Part shown: piece by piece, positions 8,843 to 18,139 of the stretch
How positions within the stretch are numbered: position 1 is the first letter of the stretch
Layout of the letters: every line of letters begins with the position of its first letter
Virus record (IMG/VR): IMGVR_UViG_2660238269_000008
Origin: a virus
Taxonomy: Duplodnaviria > Heunggongvirae > Uroviricota > Caudoviricetes
Strand: one strand, 5' to 3'
DNA: 43,719 bases
Notes under the pieces: generated by a model
Database searches by the model: none
Told to the model about the DNA's origin: nothing
Seen by the model: the letters and a program-made list of their open reading frames with translations, nothing else
Translations under genes and position numbers: made by a program

Positions 8843-9583
8843 ATGAAAAACATTACGTCAGGTGGTGTTCTGGCAAGAGTCAGCAGATTTGTGCCGCAGG
8901 ATGCAATCCCTCCGTACCGTACGGTGGCGGAGTGGCGGGAATGGCAGCTTGCTGAAGGGCGTAAGCGAAGCGAGGAGGTTAATCGTCTGAATCATCAGAC
9001 GCGGGTTGAAAAAATCATTAACCGCTCCGGTATCCAGCCGCTTCACCGGAAGTGTACGTTCGGTAACTACCGGGTGCAGAACGATGGTCAGCGCCATGCC
9101 CTGAGTCAGGCGAAATCCATTGCGGCAGAGCTGGAAGGCGGCTGTACGAATTTTGTTTTCAGTGGCAGGCCTGGCACAGGAAAAAACCACCTGGCGGCGG
9201 CTATTGGCAACCACCTTCTGGCGAAAGGTCGCAGTGTGATTGTGATAACAGTGGCGGATGTGATGCTGGCGTTACATGGCAGCTACGACAACAAAAACTC
9301 GGGCGAAAAATTTTTGCAGGGATTGTGTGGCGTTGACCTGCTGGTACTGGATGAAATTGGCATGCAACGGGATACGCGTAATGAGCAGGTCACGCTGAAT
9401 CAGATTGTTGACCGCAGAACGGCATCGTTACTCAGTGTGGGGATGCTGACAAATCTTAACCATGCAGCGATGAATACACTTCTCGGCGAGCGGGTGATGG
9501 ACCGCATGTCCATGAACGGTGGTCGCTGGGTGACGTTTAACTGGGAGAGCTGGCGTCCGAACGTCAGCCAGCACAGGAACTGA
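8843..9583 (+). CDS. DnaC/IstB-like AAA+ helicase loader (YdaV-like)
   Basis: Walker A GRPGTGKNHLAAAIG, Walker B LLVLDEIG. Confidence 0.85.
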   Translation: MKNITSGGVLARVSRFVPQDAIPPYRTVAEWREWQLAEGRKRSEEVNRLNHQTRVEKIINRSGIQPLHRKCTFGNYRVQNDGQRHALSQAKSIAAELEGGCTNFVFSGRPGTGKNHLAAAIGNHLLAKGRSVIVITVADVMLALHGSYDNKNSGEKFLQGLCGVDLLVLDEIGMQRDTRNEQVTLNQIVDRRTASLLSVGMLTNLNHAAMNTLLGERVMDRMSMNGGRWVTFNWESWRPNVSQHRN

Positions 9584-9612
9584 GAAGTAATTTTTATCCG
9601 GAGGAAGTTTTA

Positions 9613-10383
9613 ATGGAAACCGTATTGCATGCACTGAAAGCGATGGGTAAAGCCAATTCTGTTGAACTGGCGGCGCGGCTTGATATCAGCCGTGAAGAAG
9701 TTCTCAACGAACTGTGGGAACTCAAAAAAAATGGCGTTGTTGATAAAACGGGTCACACCTGGTTTCTGGCTGGCGAAGGTGAATCCCGGGTAACCGAAGA
9801 GCGGCCAGTAAAATCTGAAGCACAGGATATGCTGACCGGGGAGGTCGAACAAAAAGTTACCGCAGACATGATGATTGAGTTTATCGGTCAGGATGGTGCT
9901 AAAACGTGTGAGGAACTGGCGGGTAAGTTCGGCGTCAGTACTCGCAAGGTTGCCTCCACGCTGGCGGTGGTAACCGCAACGGGGCGGCTGGCACGCGTTA
10001 ATCAGAACGGTAAATTTCGTTACTGCATGCCGGGGGGTAATTTACCAGCAGATCCGAAAGCCGCGCCGGTAACGGAAAATGATGGTAAGGCCTTTCCTCA
10101 GCCAGCAGGTGCTGCGTTACCAGTCCGGGAAGCCGCAACACAGGAAGAAATTAAAACAGAAACTGTGGCGGACATTGTGCAGTCGTTGCCATCGTTTACC
10201 AAAACGCAAGCAGATGAGCTGATTTTTCCGTCCCTGCGCAGGGCAAACCTGGCGCTGCGCAGGGCGAAAAGTGATGTTCAGAAGTGGGAGCGAGTCTGCG
10301 CCGCGCTGCGGGAGCTGAACAAGCACCGGGATATTGTTCGACAGATTACTGATTCTTCCCGCCGTGTTGTATCGGAAAAGTGA
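9613..10383 (+). CDS. Conserved prophage protein, function unknown
   Basis: 256-aa ORF with good coding character and GGAGG upstream. Confidence 0.6.
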   Translation: METVLHALKAMGKANSVELAARLDISREEVLNELWELKKNGVVDKTGHTWFLAGEGESRVTEERPVKSEAQDMLTGEVEQKVTADMMIEFIGQDGAKTCEELAGKFGVSTRKVASTLAVVTATGRLARVNQNGKFRYCMPGGNLPADPKAAPVTENDGKAFPQPAGAALPVREAATQEEIKTETVADIVQSLPSFTKTQADELIFPSLRRANLALRRAKSDVQKWERVCAALRELNKHRDIVRQITDSSRRVVSEK

Positions 10384-10398
10384 TTGCCGGAGGCGCTT

Positions 10399-10791
10399 AT
10401 GGCAAAAGTATTTACACCAGAAGAGCGGGAAGAAGTGAAGGCGCGCATTGTGGAATTCGTGCGCCTGAGCGGACGAGAAACTTTTCGACAACTGGCAGAT
10501 AACACGGGTGTCAGTAAGACCGCTATTCGTCGTTTATCTGGTGCGCTTGCGGCCAGTGGTGATGTCTGGCTCTCTGATTGCGGGGTATTTCCATCAGAGC
10601 AGGCGTATCGCGTATGGCGTAAGACACCGGAGAAGGCTGCTGACCCGACACTGATTCGAAAGTTACCTGACGGAGAAATACGTCGTTACAACAGACGGCA
10701 GAACATAATTTGTCGTGAGTGCCGCCAGAGCGAAGTTATGCAGCGTGTGCTGGCTTTCTATCAGGGGAATTTTCAGAAGGTGCTGTTGTGA
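10399..10791 (+). CDS. Conserved prophage protein, function unknown
   Basis: ORF 10384..10791; ATG at 10399 with GGAGG 6 nt upstream. Confidence 0.55.
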   Translation: MAKVFTPEEREEVKARIVEFVRLSGRETFRQLADNTGVSKTAIRRLSGALAASGDVWLSDCGVFPSEQAYRVWRKTPEKAADPTLIRKLPDGEIRRYNRRQNIICRECRQSEVMQRVLAFYQGNFQKVLL

Positions 10792-10896
10792 GCCAAATTA
10801 ACAATCGGAACTTCGTGAAGAGAAAGCATAATCCAAATCTGAATAATTAAGTTCAGCACTGTAAATAAAATTCAATCCTTAACTGGAGGTATATCT

Positions 10897-11109
10897 ATGT
10901 CAAATACACAGAAAATTATTAACACTGAAAAATATAACGAGTGGGTGAAAAAATTCTCTGAGCAGATTTTTAAAATTACTGGCGACGAGAATGTGGCAAA
11001 AAATGAATTAGAACCGTGGACACCTGAAGGAAACGCACCAAATTATTGCTGGTGGGAGGTTGATCCGGTTGATGCTGCAAATGAAGCCATGAGTTACCAC
11101 AACGATTAA
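10897..11109 (+). CDS. Small hypothetical protein (70 aa), AT-rich moron
   Basis: Strong RBS (ctGGAGGtatatctATG). Confidence 0.55.
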   Translation: MSNTQKIINTEKYNEWVKKFSEQIFKITGDENVAKNELEPWTPEGNAPNYCWWEVDPVDAANEAMSYHND

Positions 11110-11141
11110 TGTCGGGAGGCCGCCCGAAAGGGCGGTAAGAA

Positions 11142-11360
11142 ATGACTACATTATTCAGAAAAGAATATCCGCAAAAAAGTAGGGCGACAGAATTTTTGTT
11201 TCACATTCTGTTTATCGTATTGATGATACCGATATCCCCTCTAATTTTTGTCTGGGCAATCGGGAAAATAATTGAGCCAGTTACTGAATTGTATACCGAC
11301 GTTGTATGGGCGTCGTTCAACACACTGCACAATAAAATTAATCCGTATAAGGAAAACTGA
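11142..11360 (+). CDS. Small membrane protein (72 aa)
   Basis: Hydrophobic stretch FLFHILFIVLMIPISPLIFVWAIG; AT-rich. Confidence 0.5.
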   Translation: MTTLFRKEYPQKSRATEFLFHILFIVLMIPISPLIFVWAIGKIIEPVTELYTDVVWASFNTLHNKINPYKEN

Positions 11361-11361
11361 T

Positions 11362-11625
11362 ATGGCAACTTTGACAAAAAAAGAACGGGCATGGTTGAAC
11401 GAATTACAGGAAGTTCTTGATCGCTGTCCATCACCGAAAAAAATTGGCTTTTACACCATTGGCGATAAAAGCATTTACCTGTATGACCTACGCTGCATGG
11501 ATGAAATCATGGAGGCTCTTGATAATCGTTCGTCGATGGATTGGTGTGTTGCTGTTCATGATATGAATGCAGGGTTTGATGAAAAGATTTTGTTCCCCTC
11601 ATCAGTTGAAAGCACTACGGGTTAA
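11362..11625 (+). CDS. Small hypothetical protein (87 aa)
   Basis: ATG at 11362 preceded by AAGGAAAA; within ORF 11272..11625. Confidence 0.5.
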   Translation: MATLTKKERAWLNELQEVLDRCPSPKKIGFYTIGDKSIYLYDLRCMDEIMEALDNRSSMDWCVAVHDMNAGFDEKILFPSSVESTTG

Positions 11626-11635
11626 GGAGTAACAC

Positions 11636-11812
11636 ATGACCACTATTACCAAAGAACGTATTGAATTGTTCATTAAAAACCCGCTTGAAAACGGGCTTAC
11701 CCGTGGTGAACAAATGGAACTGGCACGGATTGCGCTGGCATCGCTGGAAGCAGAGCCGGTTGTGTTCTGGTTTGAAAAATATCAAGAAGGGGCTACGGCA
11801 TGACGACTTTTA
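11636..11812 (+). CDS. Small hypothetical protein (58 aa), paralogue-like to the N-terminus of the next gene
   Basis: AGGAG 6 nt upstream; translation [55 protein letters not shown]. Confidence 0.45.
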
Positions 11813-12144
11813 CCAGGGAGCAGTTAATAGCTCACGCAGAGGAGACTATTGAAGCACAGAGACTGTGCATACCGGGCACAATCGACCATGACATCATCCG
11901 CACATATAAGATGGATATTGCTGTTCTGGAAATCGCACTGGTATCGCTGGCAGCAGAGCCAGCCGGTAAATTGCATCAATACAAACCAGTGGGATATCAG
12001 CGTCTGGTCGATGAGTTAACCATGCTGGTAAAGCAGTTAACCTGGCAACTGAGGAAAGCGAAGCCAGACTGCAAATTACCGGATAAGGCGATGAGTTATC
12101 TGGAGCGGAACGGACTGATAAGCGTGGAGGATATTTTACGATGA
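11800..12144 (+). CDS. Hypothetical protein (114 aa)
   Basis: ORF; shares the [10 protein letters not shown] motif with the preceding small ORF. Confidence 0.5.
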   Translation: MTTFTREQLIAHAEETIEAQRLCIPGTIDHDIIRTYKMDIAVLEIALVSLAAEPAGKLHQYKPVGYQRLVDELTMLVKQLTWQLRKAKPDCKLPDKAMSYLERNGLISVEDILR

Positions 12145-12435
12145 CCTGGTCTGAAGCATTCCACAACGGTAGGAATCGCACTGGCGGTGGCGCTGGTGGT
12201 GTATTCGATTTGCCGCTGGGGATAAAAACGGTTTGCGGGAAAAGGAGAGTTAAGTAGAATTGCTGCGGGTGCTTGAGGCTGTTTGCCTCGGGCATGCCGC
12301 CGTAAGGCAGACAGAGAAAAGCCCCAGTTAACATTACGCGTCTTGCAGGACGCTTAACATTAATCTGAGGCCCAATCTATGCTTCACAAACGTAGGTTAG
12401 CCTCTTACGTGCCGAAAGGCAAGGAGAAGCAGGCT

Positions 12436-12591
12436 ATGAAGCAGCAAAAGGCGATGTTAATCGCCCTGATCGTCATCTGTTTAACCGTCATAGTGACGGC
12501 ACTGGTAACGAGGAAAGACCTCTGCGAGGTACGAATCCGAACCGGCCAGACGGAGGTTGCTGTCTTCGTAGACTACGAATCTGAGAAGTAA
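12436..12591 (+). CDS. hok: Hok/Gef-family type I toxin (HokD/RelF-like)
   Basis: MKQQKAMLIALIVICLTVIVTALVTRKDLCEVRIRTGQTEVAVFVDYESEK is near-identical to HokD/RelF as recalled; long structured leader upstream and hairpins downstream. Confidence 0.9.
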   Translation: MKQQKAMLIALIVICLTVIVTALVTRKDLCEVRIRTGQTEVAVFVDYESEK

Positions 12592-13104
12592 GAGTGACCA
12601 GGCGAGGGAGAAATCCCTCGCCACCTCTGATGTGTCAGGCATCCTCAACGCACCCCACTTAACTCGCTTCGGCGGTTTTTTGTTGTTTATTTTCGGTGAG
12701 CGTGATGCATCTGGTTGTACCGATGTGGCTGGCTGATTCTGTTATTCAGGTGGTTTATTGCTGTTGATTGGCATGTCTTCACGGCTAGAATCGAGGCTCT
12801 TAAGTAGTGCGCAGGGATAAGAGGGATGGCCCCCATAAGGGGAGGTGTTTATAGTTCATGGGATTTTTGTTATGAACGATAAGGAATTAATTGCTGCGCT
12901 TTCTATACCAGGTAATTATGAAGTAATAGTTCTTGGGAATGGTGAGTTTATCGTAATGCCATTGCCATCTGATGTTATTCTGATCAGCAAAGAATCGCAT
13001 GCGGATTCGGTCAGTTACTTCAGCATTAAAAGAGACTAGATTATAATGCTGTAGTAAAGCCAGCCTGAACAACTGGCGTCTGTCGCACCATTACGAGGAT
13101 AGTA

Positions 13105-13383
13105 GTGGTGCATTACAAGAAACTTAACAATTCTGATAATTCAGCCGTCTTTGCCAGCAGGCACGGGCGGTGTTCTCATGCATTCAAATCTGACTGGTTC
13201 CAGCATGACCCATGCACTGAAGAACAGGCCGAATGGCTGATTCAGTGCTACCGCAGACGTGGTTACGAGTTTCAGAAAGATCTCAGCTTCGATCGTCGTC
13301 ACTGGATAATCTCCGTCAGGCTCCCTTATTCCGAACGCCCACCGCGTCCGTCCCGCACATTCCAGCAGCGCATCTGGAGGTAA
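13105..13383 (+). CDS. Hypothetical protein (92 aa)
   Basis: GTG start with GAGGA upstream; immediately precedes the DUF968 gene. Confidence 0.45.
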   Translation: MVHYKKLNNSDNSAVFASRHGRCSHAFKSDWFQHDPCTEEQAEWLIQCYRRRGYEFQKDLSFDRRHWIISVRLPYSERPPRPSRTFQQRIWR

Positions 13384-13384
13384 C

Positions 13385-14434
13385 GTGCGGGTATTACTTC
13401 GACCTGTTCTGGTACCGGAACTCGGTCTGGTTATCGTTAAGCCAGGCCGTGAATCAATGTCAGTATTCCATAACGGCAGAATATTGGTGGAGCCGGAACC
13501 GAAAAACATGCGCGGTCTGCCGTCCGGAGTCGTTCCTGCCGTTCGCCAGCCGCTGGCAGAGGATAAAACATTACTGCCATTTTTCAGCGATGAGCGGGTT
13601 ATTCGTGCAGCAGGTGGTGCAGGTGCACTGTCTGACTGGTTATTACGTCACGTGAAATCCTGCCAGTGGCCACACGGCGATTATCATCACAGCGAAACAG
13701 TCATTCACCGTTATGGTACCGGCGCGATGGTGTTGTGCTGGCACTGTGACAACCAGCTGCGCGACCAGACATCAGAATCACTCGATCAACTTGCTCAGCA
13801 GAATCTGGTTGCCTGGATGATTGATGTCATCCGTCACGCAATAAGCGGTACGCAGGAGAGGGAGTTATCGCTGGCCGAATTATCCTGGTGGGCGGCCTGC
13901 AATCAGGTGGTGGATGCACTACCTGAGGCAGTAGCGCGTCGTTCGCTGGGATTACCAGCGGAAAAAATCCGCTCCGTATACCGTGAGAGTGACATCGTAC
14001 CGGGAGAACAGACAGCCATCAGCATACTGAAGCAGCGCACAAAAAATATTGCGCTGCCACTTCACGTCCACCAGCAACAAAATCCACCACAGAAAAAAAC
14101 GGTTGTCAGTATCGCCGTTGATCCGGAGTCTCCTGAATCGTTCATGAGGCGGCCTAAACGTCGCCGTTGGGTTAATGAGAAATACACGCGCTGGGTAAAG
14201 ACACAGCCGTGTGCGTGTTGTGGTAAGCCAGCTGACGATCCGCATCACCTGATTGGTCATGGTCAGGGGGGAGTGGGAACAAAGGCCCACGATATTTTCA
14301 CGCTACCGTTGTGCCGGGAGCACCACAACGAACTTCATGCAGACCCGCTGAAGTTTGAGAAAAAGTACGGCTCTCAGATTGAGTTAATTTTTCGTTTTCT
14401 TGATCACGCCTTTGCGACTGGCGTGCTCGGGTAA
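13385..14434 (+). CDS. DUF968 (YdfU-like) protein with C-terminal HNH-like zinc motif
   Basis: 349 aa, the length I recall for Qin YdfU; C-terminal CACCGKPADDPHHLIGHGQGGVGTKAHDIFTLPLCREHHNELH. Confidence 0.75.
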   Translation: MRVLLRPVLVPELGLVIVKPGRESMSVFHNGRILVEPEPKNMRGLPSGVVPAVRQPLAEDKTLLPFFSDERVIRAAGGAGALSDWLLRHVKSCQWPHGDYHHSETVIHRYGTGAMVLCWHCDNQLRDQTSESLDQLAQQNLVAWMIDVIRHAISGTQERELSLAELSWWAACNQVVDALPEAVARRSLGLPAEKIRSVYRESDIVPGEQTAISILKQRTKNIALPLHVHQQQNPPQKKTVVSIAVDPESPESFMRRPKRRRWVNEKYTRWVKTQPCACCGKPADDPHHLIGHGQGGVGTKAHDIFTLPLCREHHNELHADPLKFEKKYGSQIELIFRFLDHAFATGVLG

Positions 14435-14446
14435 AAGAGGTGACTG

Positions 14447-14809
14447 ATGCTCATAGATTTGGTTTTACCTTACCCGCCGACGGTGAACACTTACTGGCGA
14501 CGCCGTGGCAGCACATATTTTGTATCAAAAGCCGGGGAGCGTTATCGCCGGGCAGTGGCGCTTATTGTTCGCCAGCAGCGACTGAAATTAAGCCTGTCCG
14601 GACGGCTGGCAATAAAAATTATTGCAGAGCCACCGGATAAGCGCCGCCGTGACCTGGACAATATTCTGAAAGCACCGCTGGATGCGCTGACGCACGCGGG
14701 GTTGTTAATGGACGATGAGCAGTTTGATGAAATCAATATTGTACGTGGCAAGCCAGTATCTGGTGGACGGCTGGAGATAAGAATTACAGAGGTGGGTGTG
14801 CATGAATAA
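14447..14809 (+). CDS. rusA: Holliday junction resolvase RusA
   Basis: 120 aa; DKRRRDLDNILKAPLDALT and GGRLEIRITE align with RusA RRRDLDNLQKAAFDALT ... GGRLELTITE. Confidence 0.9.
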   Translation: MLIDLVLPYPPTVNTYWRRRGSTYFVSKAGERYRRAVALIVRQQRLKLSLSGRLAIKIIAEPPDKRRRDLDNILKAPLDALTHAGLLMDDEQFDEINIVRGKPVSGGRLEIRITEVGVHE

Positions 14810-15467
14810 CCAGTATTTACAGTTTGTTCGTGAGCAACTCATGATTGCCACTGCGGATCTTAGTGGGTCGACAAAAGGCCAGCTGGAAGTCTGGCAGGAA
14901 AATGCCCTGTTCGATACAGGGCGTTACAGACGCAAAAAAATTCGTTACCGCGATGAGGTAACCGGAAAAATGATCACGCGGGATAATCCCCCGATCCCGG
15001 GTAAACAATCACTGGCGAAAGGCTCATCAATTGCCCTGGTCAGTCCGGTTGAGTTTTCGACATCATCATGGCGACGCGCCGTTCTGTCTCTTGAAGAACA
15101 TCATAAAGCCTGGCTGCTGTGGTGTTACAGCGGTAGCATTTGCTGGGAGCATCAGATCGCGATAACGCAGTGGGCGTGGACTGAATTTAATGCTCAATCC
15201 GGTACCAGAAAAATTGCAGGAAAAACTCTGGTGCGCCTGAAGACGTTGATCTGGTTGGCGGCGCAGGCGGTAAAAGCTGAGCTTTTTGGTGGGGAAGGTT
15301 ACGAATACCAGGAACTGGCGTTACTGGTGGGAGTAACAACCAAAAACTGGTCCAAGACATTTACTGGTCACTGGGTTGCAATGAAACACATTTTTCATCG
15401 GCTGGATAGTGAAGCTTTATTGTTGGTGGAGGGAACACGTTCAAAACAAAAGGCGGCATTTTCATAG
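14802..15467 (+). CDS. Q: Late-gene antiterminator Q (non-lambda Q family)
   Basis: Position between rusA and a promoter plus short-RNA terminator; 222 aa. Confidence 0.65.
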   Translation: MNNQYLQFVREQLMIATADLSGSTKGQLEVWQENALFDTGRYRRKKIRYRDEVTGKMITRDNPPIPGKQSLAKGSSIALVSPVEFSTSSWRRAVLSLEEHHKAWLLWCYSGSICWEHQIAITQWAWTEFNAQSGTRKIAGKTLVRLKTLIWLAAQAVKAELFGGEGYEYQELALLVGVTTKNWSKTFTGHWVAMKHIFHRLDSEALLLVEGTRSKQKAAFS

Positions 15468-15473
15468 CAAAGT

Positions 15474-15502
15474 ATTGCAAAAGTAGATAAAAAGGCATAT
15501 AT
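15474..15502 (+). promoter_or_regulatory. Candidate late promoter PR' (TTGCAA-17-TATATT)
   Basis: Near-consensus sigma-70 elements immediately downstream of Q. Confidence 0.55.
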
Positions 15503-15554
15503 TTCGTGTAAATCTGATATTTTGCCGTTATTATACGTGATGGCAAAGCCACTA

Positions 15555-15585
15555 AAACCCGTGACCGAGCGGGTTTTTACCCCCC
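15555..15585 (+). terminator. tR'-like intrinsic terminator of a short 6S-like late leader RNA
   Basis: AAACCCG-TGACCGAG-CGGGTTTTT hairpin plus U-tract about 50 nt downstream of the candidate PR'. Confidence 0.65.
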
Positions 15586-15719
15586 AAAAAATGGCATAGA
15601 CATTAAACGTGATGACGATTGTGCCAATACTTTCTCCATCAATGACGCCCCTTGACTGCATGGAATCCAATTTGTTATGTAATGTGTGTTGATATTTTTG
15701 AGTTGTTAATGGTGTTACT

Positions 15720-16433
15720 ATGGATGACAGTGCTCTGCTCAGAAACTCTTCACTTTTTGTTGCTTATATGGGCTGTCTCGGATGGGGGAGCGCTTATTTC
15801 TATGGGTGGGGTACTTCATTTTACTATGGCTTTCCATGGTGGGTTGTCGGGGCTGGTGTCGATGATGTAGCACGAAGTTTGTTTTATGCTGTGACAGTTA
15901 TTGTTATATTCCTTATTGGATGGGGAGTTGGTATTGTTTTCTTTTTGGGCATAAAACAAAAGCGCAATATACAAAATTTGAGTTTTATCCGGCTTTTTCT
16001 CGCGATATTGCTGCTTTTTATTCCACCTGTTCTGGAGTTTTCTGTAATTCATCAGCATGTTGAGCCAGATGTACTGATTTTCTGCGTTCTTGCTGCCTTT
16101 GCAATCACGCTTTTTGTCAGGTCTGGAAGAAGACTTGTTTCAGTCAAATGTTTTTCGGAAATGTCTGTTATTCGCCATCACCGAATTGAGTTCATGATGG
16201 CTGGGTTTATGATTTATTTCTGGGCATTCTCTCTTATTGCCGGTTGGTACAAACCACAGTTTAAGAGGGAATATCAGGCGGTCCACTATGAGAATGTATG
16301 GTATTACATTATTGCGCGCTATGATGATCGTCTGGTGTTATCGAAATCATACAGGAGTGGGGGTAAGAAATTCGTTATATTTAATAGCGGAAATATTAAT
16401 GATTTTGAAATTAATACTGTCAGAGTACGTTAA
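15720..16433 (+). CDS. Integral membrane protein (about 5 TM segments), unknown function; moron downstream of PR'/tR'
   Basis: 237-aa ORF; hydrophobic segments rich in G/W/F/Y; AT-rich, unlike the flanking phage genes. Confidence 0.6.
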   Translation: MDDSALLRNSSLFVAYMGCLGWGSAYFYGWGTSFYYGFPWWVVGAGVDDVARSLFYAVTVIVIFLIGWGVGIVFFLGIKQKRNIQNLSFIRLFLAILLLFIPPVLEFSVIHQHVEPDVLIFCVLAAFAITLFVRSGRRLVSVKCFSEMSVIRHHRIEFMMAGFMIYFWAFSLIAGWYKPQFKREYQAVHYENVWYYIIARYDDRLVLSKSYRSGGKKFVIFNSGNINDFEINTVRVR

Positions 16434-16607
16434 AATTTCCTGAGTAATAAAGATTTTACTGCCCGGCATTGAGCGGTTTTTTTATGCCAGAAAAATGGTG
16501 CAGTACATAAAATGTGCAGGTGGTTATTAATACCGGTCTTTCAGCTTGCTGGCTTTTTTGACAAGAGTTATTGGTGTGTCACGTTAACCGGAAAAGGGAA
16601 AAAGACA

Positions 16608-16804
16608 TGCTGAAACAGCAGGATATGACAGAAACCGCCAGAGCAGTTTTTAATGAATTAAGTGCCACCGAACCGGCGACAGTCGGGGAGATTGCACAGA
16701 ATACGTACCTTTCACGCGAACGCTGCCAGCTAATACTGACCCAGCTTGTTATGGCGGGTCTGGCAGACTATCAGTTTGGTTGTTACAGACGCCTTCAGTC
16801 CTGA
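16608..16804 (+). CDS. Small winged-helix-like protein (65 aa)
   Basis: ATG at 16608 preceded by AAAGGGAAAAAG; within ORF 16571..16804. Confidence 0.45.
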
Positions 16805-16955
16805 AGGCTTTTTTATTTGTGGTAAATGGGCGGCTGGTGGGTGTTAGGGGCACTCACCAGCCATCTGCTCATGCGTTGGGGTCACAAGCAAACCTCAGGC
16901 CCATCTGCTTTGCGCAAAAGCGGTATGAGCCTATCAGAGACAGGCTTAATGATCC

Positions 16956-18014
16956 ATGTTTAATACTGTAAAAATATCCAGTTGTGAGTTAATCAACGCC
17001 GACTGCCTGGAATTTATCCGGTCGTTACCCGAAAATTCTGTTGACCTGATAGTCACGGACCCGCCGTACTTTAAAGTGAAGCCTGAGGGCTGGGATAACC
17101 AGTGGACGGGTGATGAGGATTACCTGAAATGGCTGGACCAGTGTCTGGCGCAGTTCTGGCGGGTGCTGAAACCTGCCGGAAGTCTTTACCTGTTCTGTGG
17201 CCATCGCCTGGCATCTGATATCGAAATCATGATGCGTGAACGCTTCAGTGTGCTGAACCATATTATCTGGGCGAAGCCGTCCGGACGCTGGAACGGGTGC
17301 AACAAGGAAAGCCTGAGGGCGTATTTCCCCGCCACAGAGCGCATTCTGTTCGCGGAACATTATCAGGGGCCGTATCGTCCGAAAGATGCCGGGTATGAGG
17401 CGAAGGGCAGGGCACTGAAACAGCATGTGATGGCTCCGCTGATTGCTTACTTTCGTGATGCGCGTGCTGCCCTGGGGATAACGGCAAAACAGATAGTGGA
17501 TGCCACAGGAAAGAAAAACATGGTGTCGCACTGGTTCAGTGCCAGTCAGTGGCAGCTACCGAACGAAAGTGATTATCTGAAATTACAGGCGCTGTTTGCC
17601 CGGGTGGCAGAAGAGAAGCATCAGCGCGGTGAACTGGAAAAGCCCCACCACCAGCTGCTGGAGACGTATACTTCACTGAACCGGCAGTATGCGGAACTGC
17701 AGAGTGAATATAAGCATCTGCGGCGGTATTTTGGCGTGACGGCGCAGGTGCCATACACGGATGTGTGGACGCATAAACCGGTGCAGTACTATCCCGGGAA
17801 ACATCCGTGCGAAAAACCGGCAGAAATGCTGCAGCAGATAATCAGCGCGAGCAGTCGTCCGGGGGACCTGGTTGCAGATTTCTTCATGGGGTCGGGTTCG
17901 ACAGTCAAAGCCGCGATGGCGCTGGGGCGTCGTGCAACTGGCGTTGAGCTGGAGACTGAACGTTTTGAGCAGACGGTCAGGGAAGTACGGGATTTAGTCA
18001 GTCAGAATGGATGA
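16956..18014 (+). CDS. Orphan DNA methyltransferase (amino-MTase, beta class: DPPY motif IV precedes FxGxG motif I)
   Basis: VTDPPY near the N-terminus, DLVADFFMGSGST near the C-terminus, with a charged/coiled-coil-like segment between; no adjacent restriction endonuclease. Confidence 0.85.
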   Translation: MFNTVKISSCELINADCLEFIRSLPENSVDLIVTDPPYFKVKPEGWDNQWTGDEDYLKWLDQCLAQFWRVLKPAGSLYLFCGHRLASDIEIMMRERFSVLNHIIWAKPSGRWNGCNKESLRAYFPATERILFAEHYQGPYRPKDAGYEAKGRALKQHVMAPLIAYFRDARAALGITAKQIVDATGKKNMVSHWFSASQWQLPNESDYLKLQALFARVAEEKHQRGELEKPHHQLLETYTSLNRQYAELQSEYKHLRRYFGVTAQVPYTDVWTHKPVQYYPGKHPCEKPAEMLQQIISASSRPGDLVADFFMGSGSTVKAAMALGRRATGVELETERFEQTVREVRDLVSQNG

Positions 18015-18054
18015 TATTGCAGGATTAGTTACGTACCGTTATTATCCTGCGCCC

Positions 18055-18130
18055 GGCCCTTTAGCTCAGTGGTGAGAGCGAGCGACTCATAATCGCCAGG
18101 TCGCTGGTTCAAATCCAGCAAGGGCCACCA
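18055..18130 (+). tRNA. ileZ: tRNA with CAU anticodon (Ile2, lysidine type; ileZ-like)
   Basis: Hand-folded cloverleaf: acceptor GGCCCTT/AAGGGCC, loop CTCATAA, T-loop TTCAAAT, 3' CCA; closely resembles E. coli ileX as recalled. Confidence 0.85.
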
Positions 18131-18139
18131 TATCACATA

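Noticed and set aside
12379-12435. Annotating the in-frame upstream extension of hok as the toxin start
   Set aside because: Hok-family toxins are ~50 aa and start at MKQQKAM; the extension may be a mok-like leader frame but cannot be confirmed from sequence.
12845-13039. Small ORF 12845..13039 (or ATG at 12872) as a gene
   Set aside because: No convincing RBS and no recognisable features; left unannotated, though the region is AT-rich and could hold a small moron.
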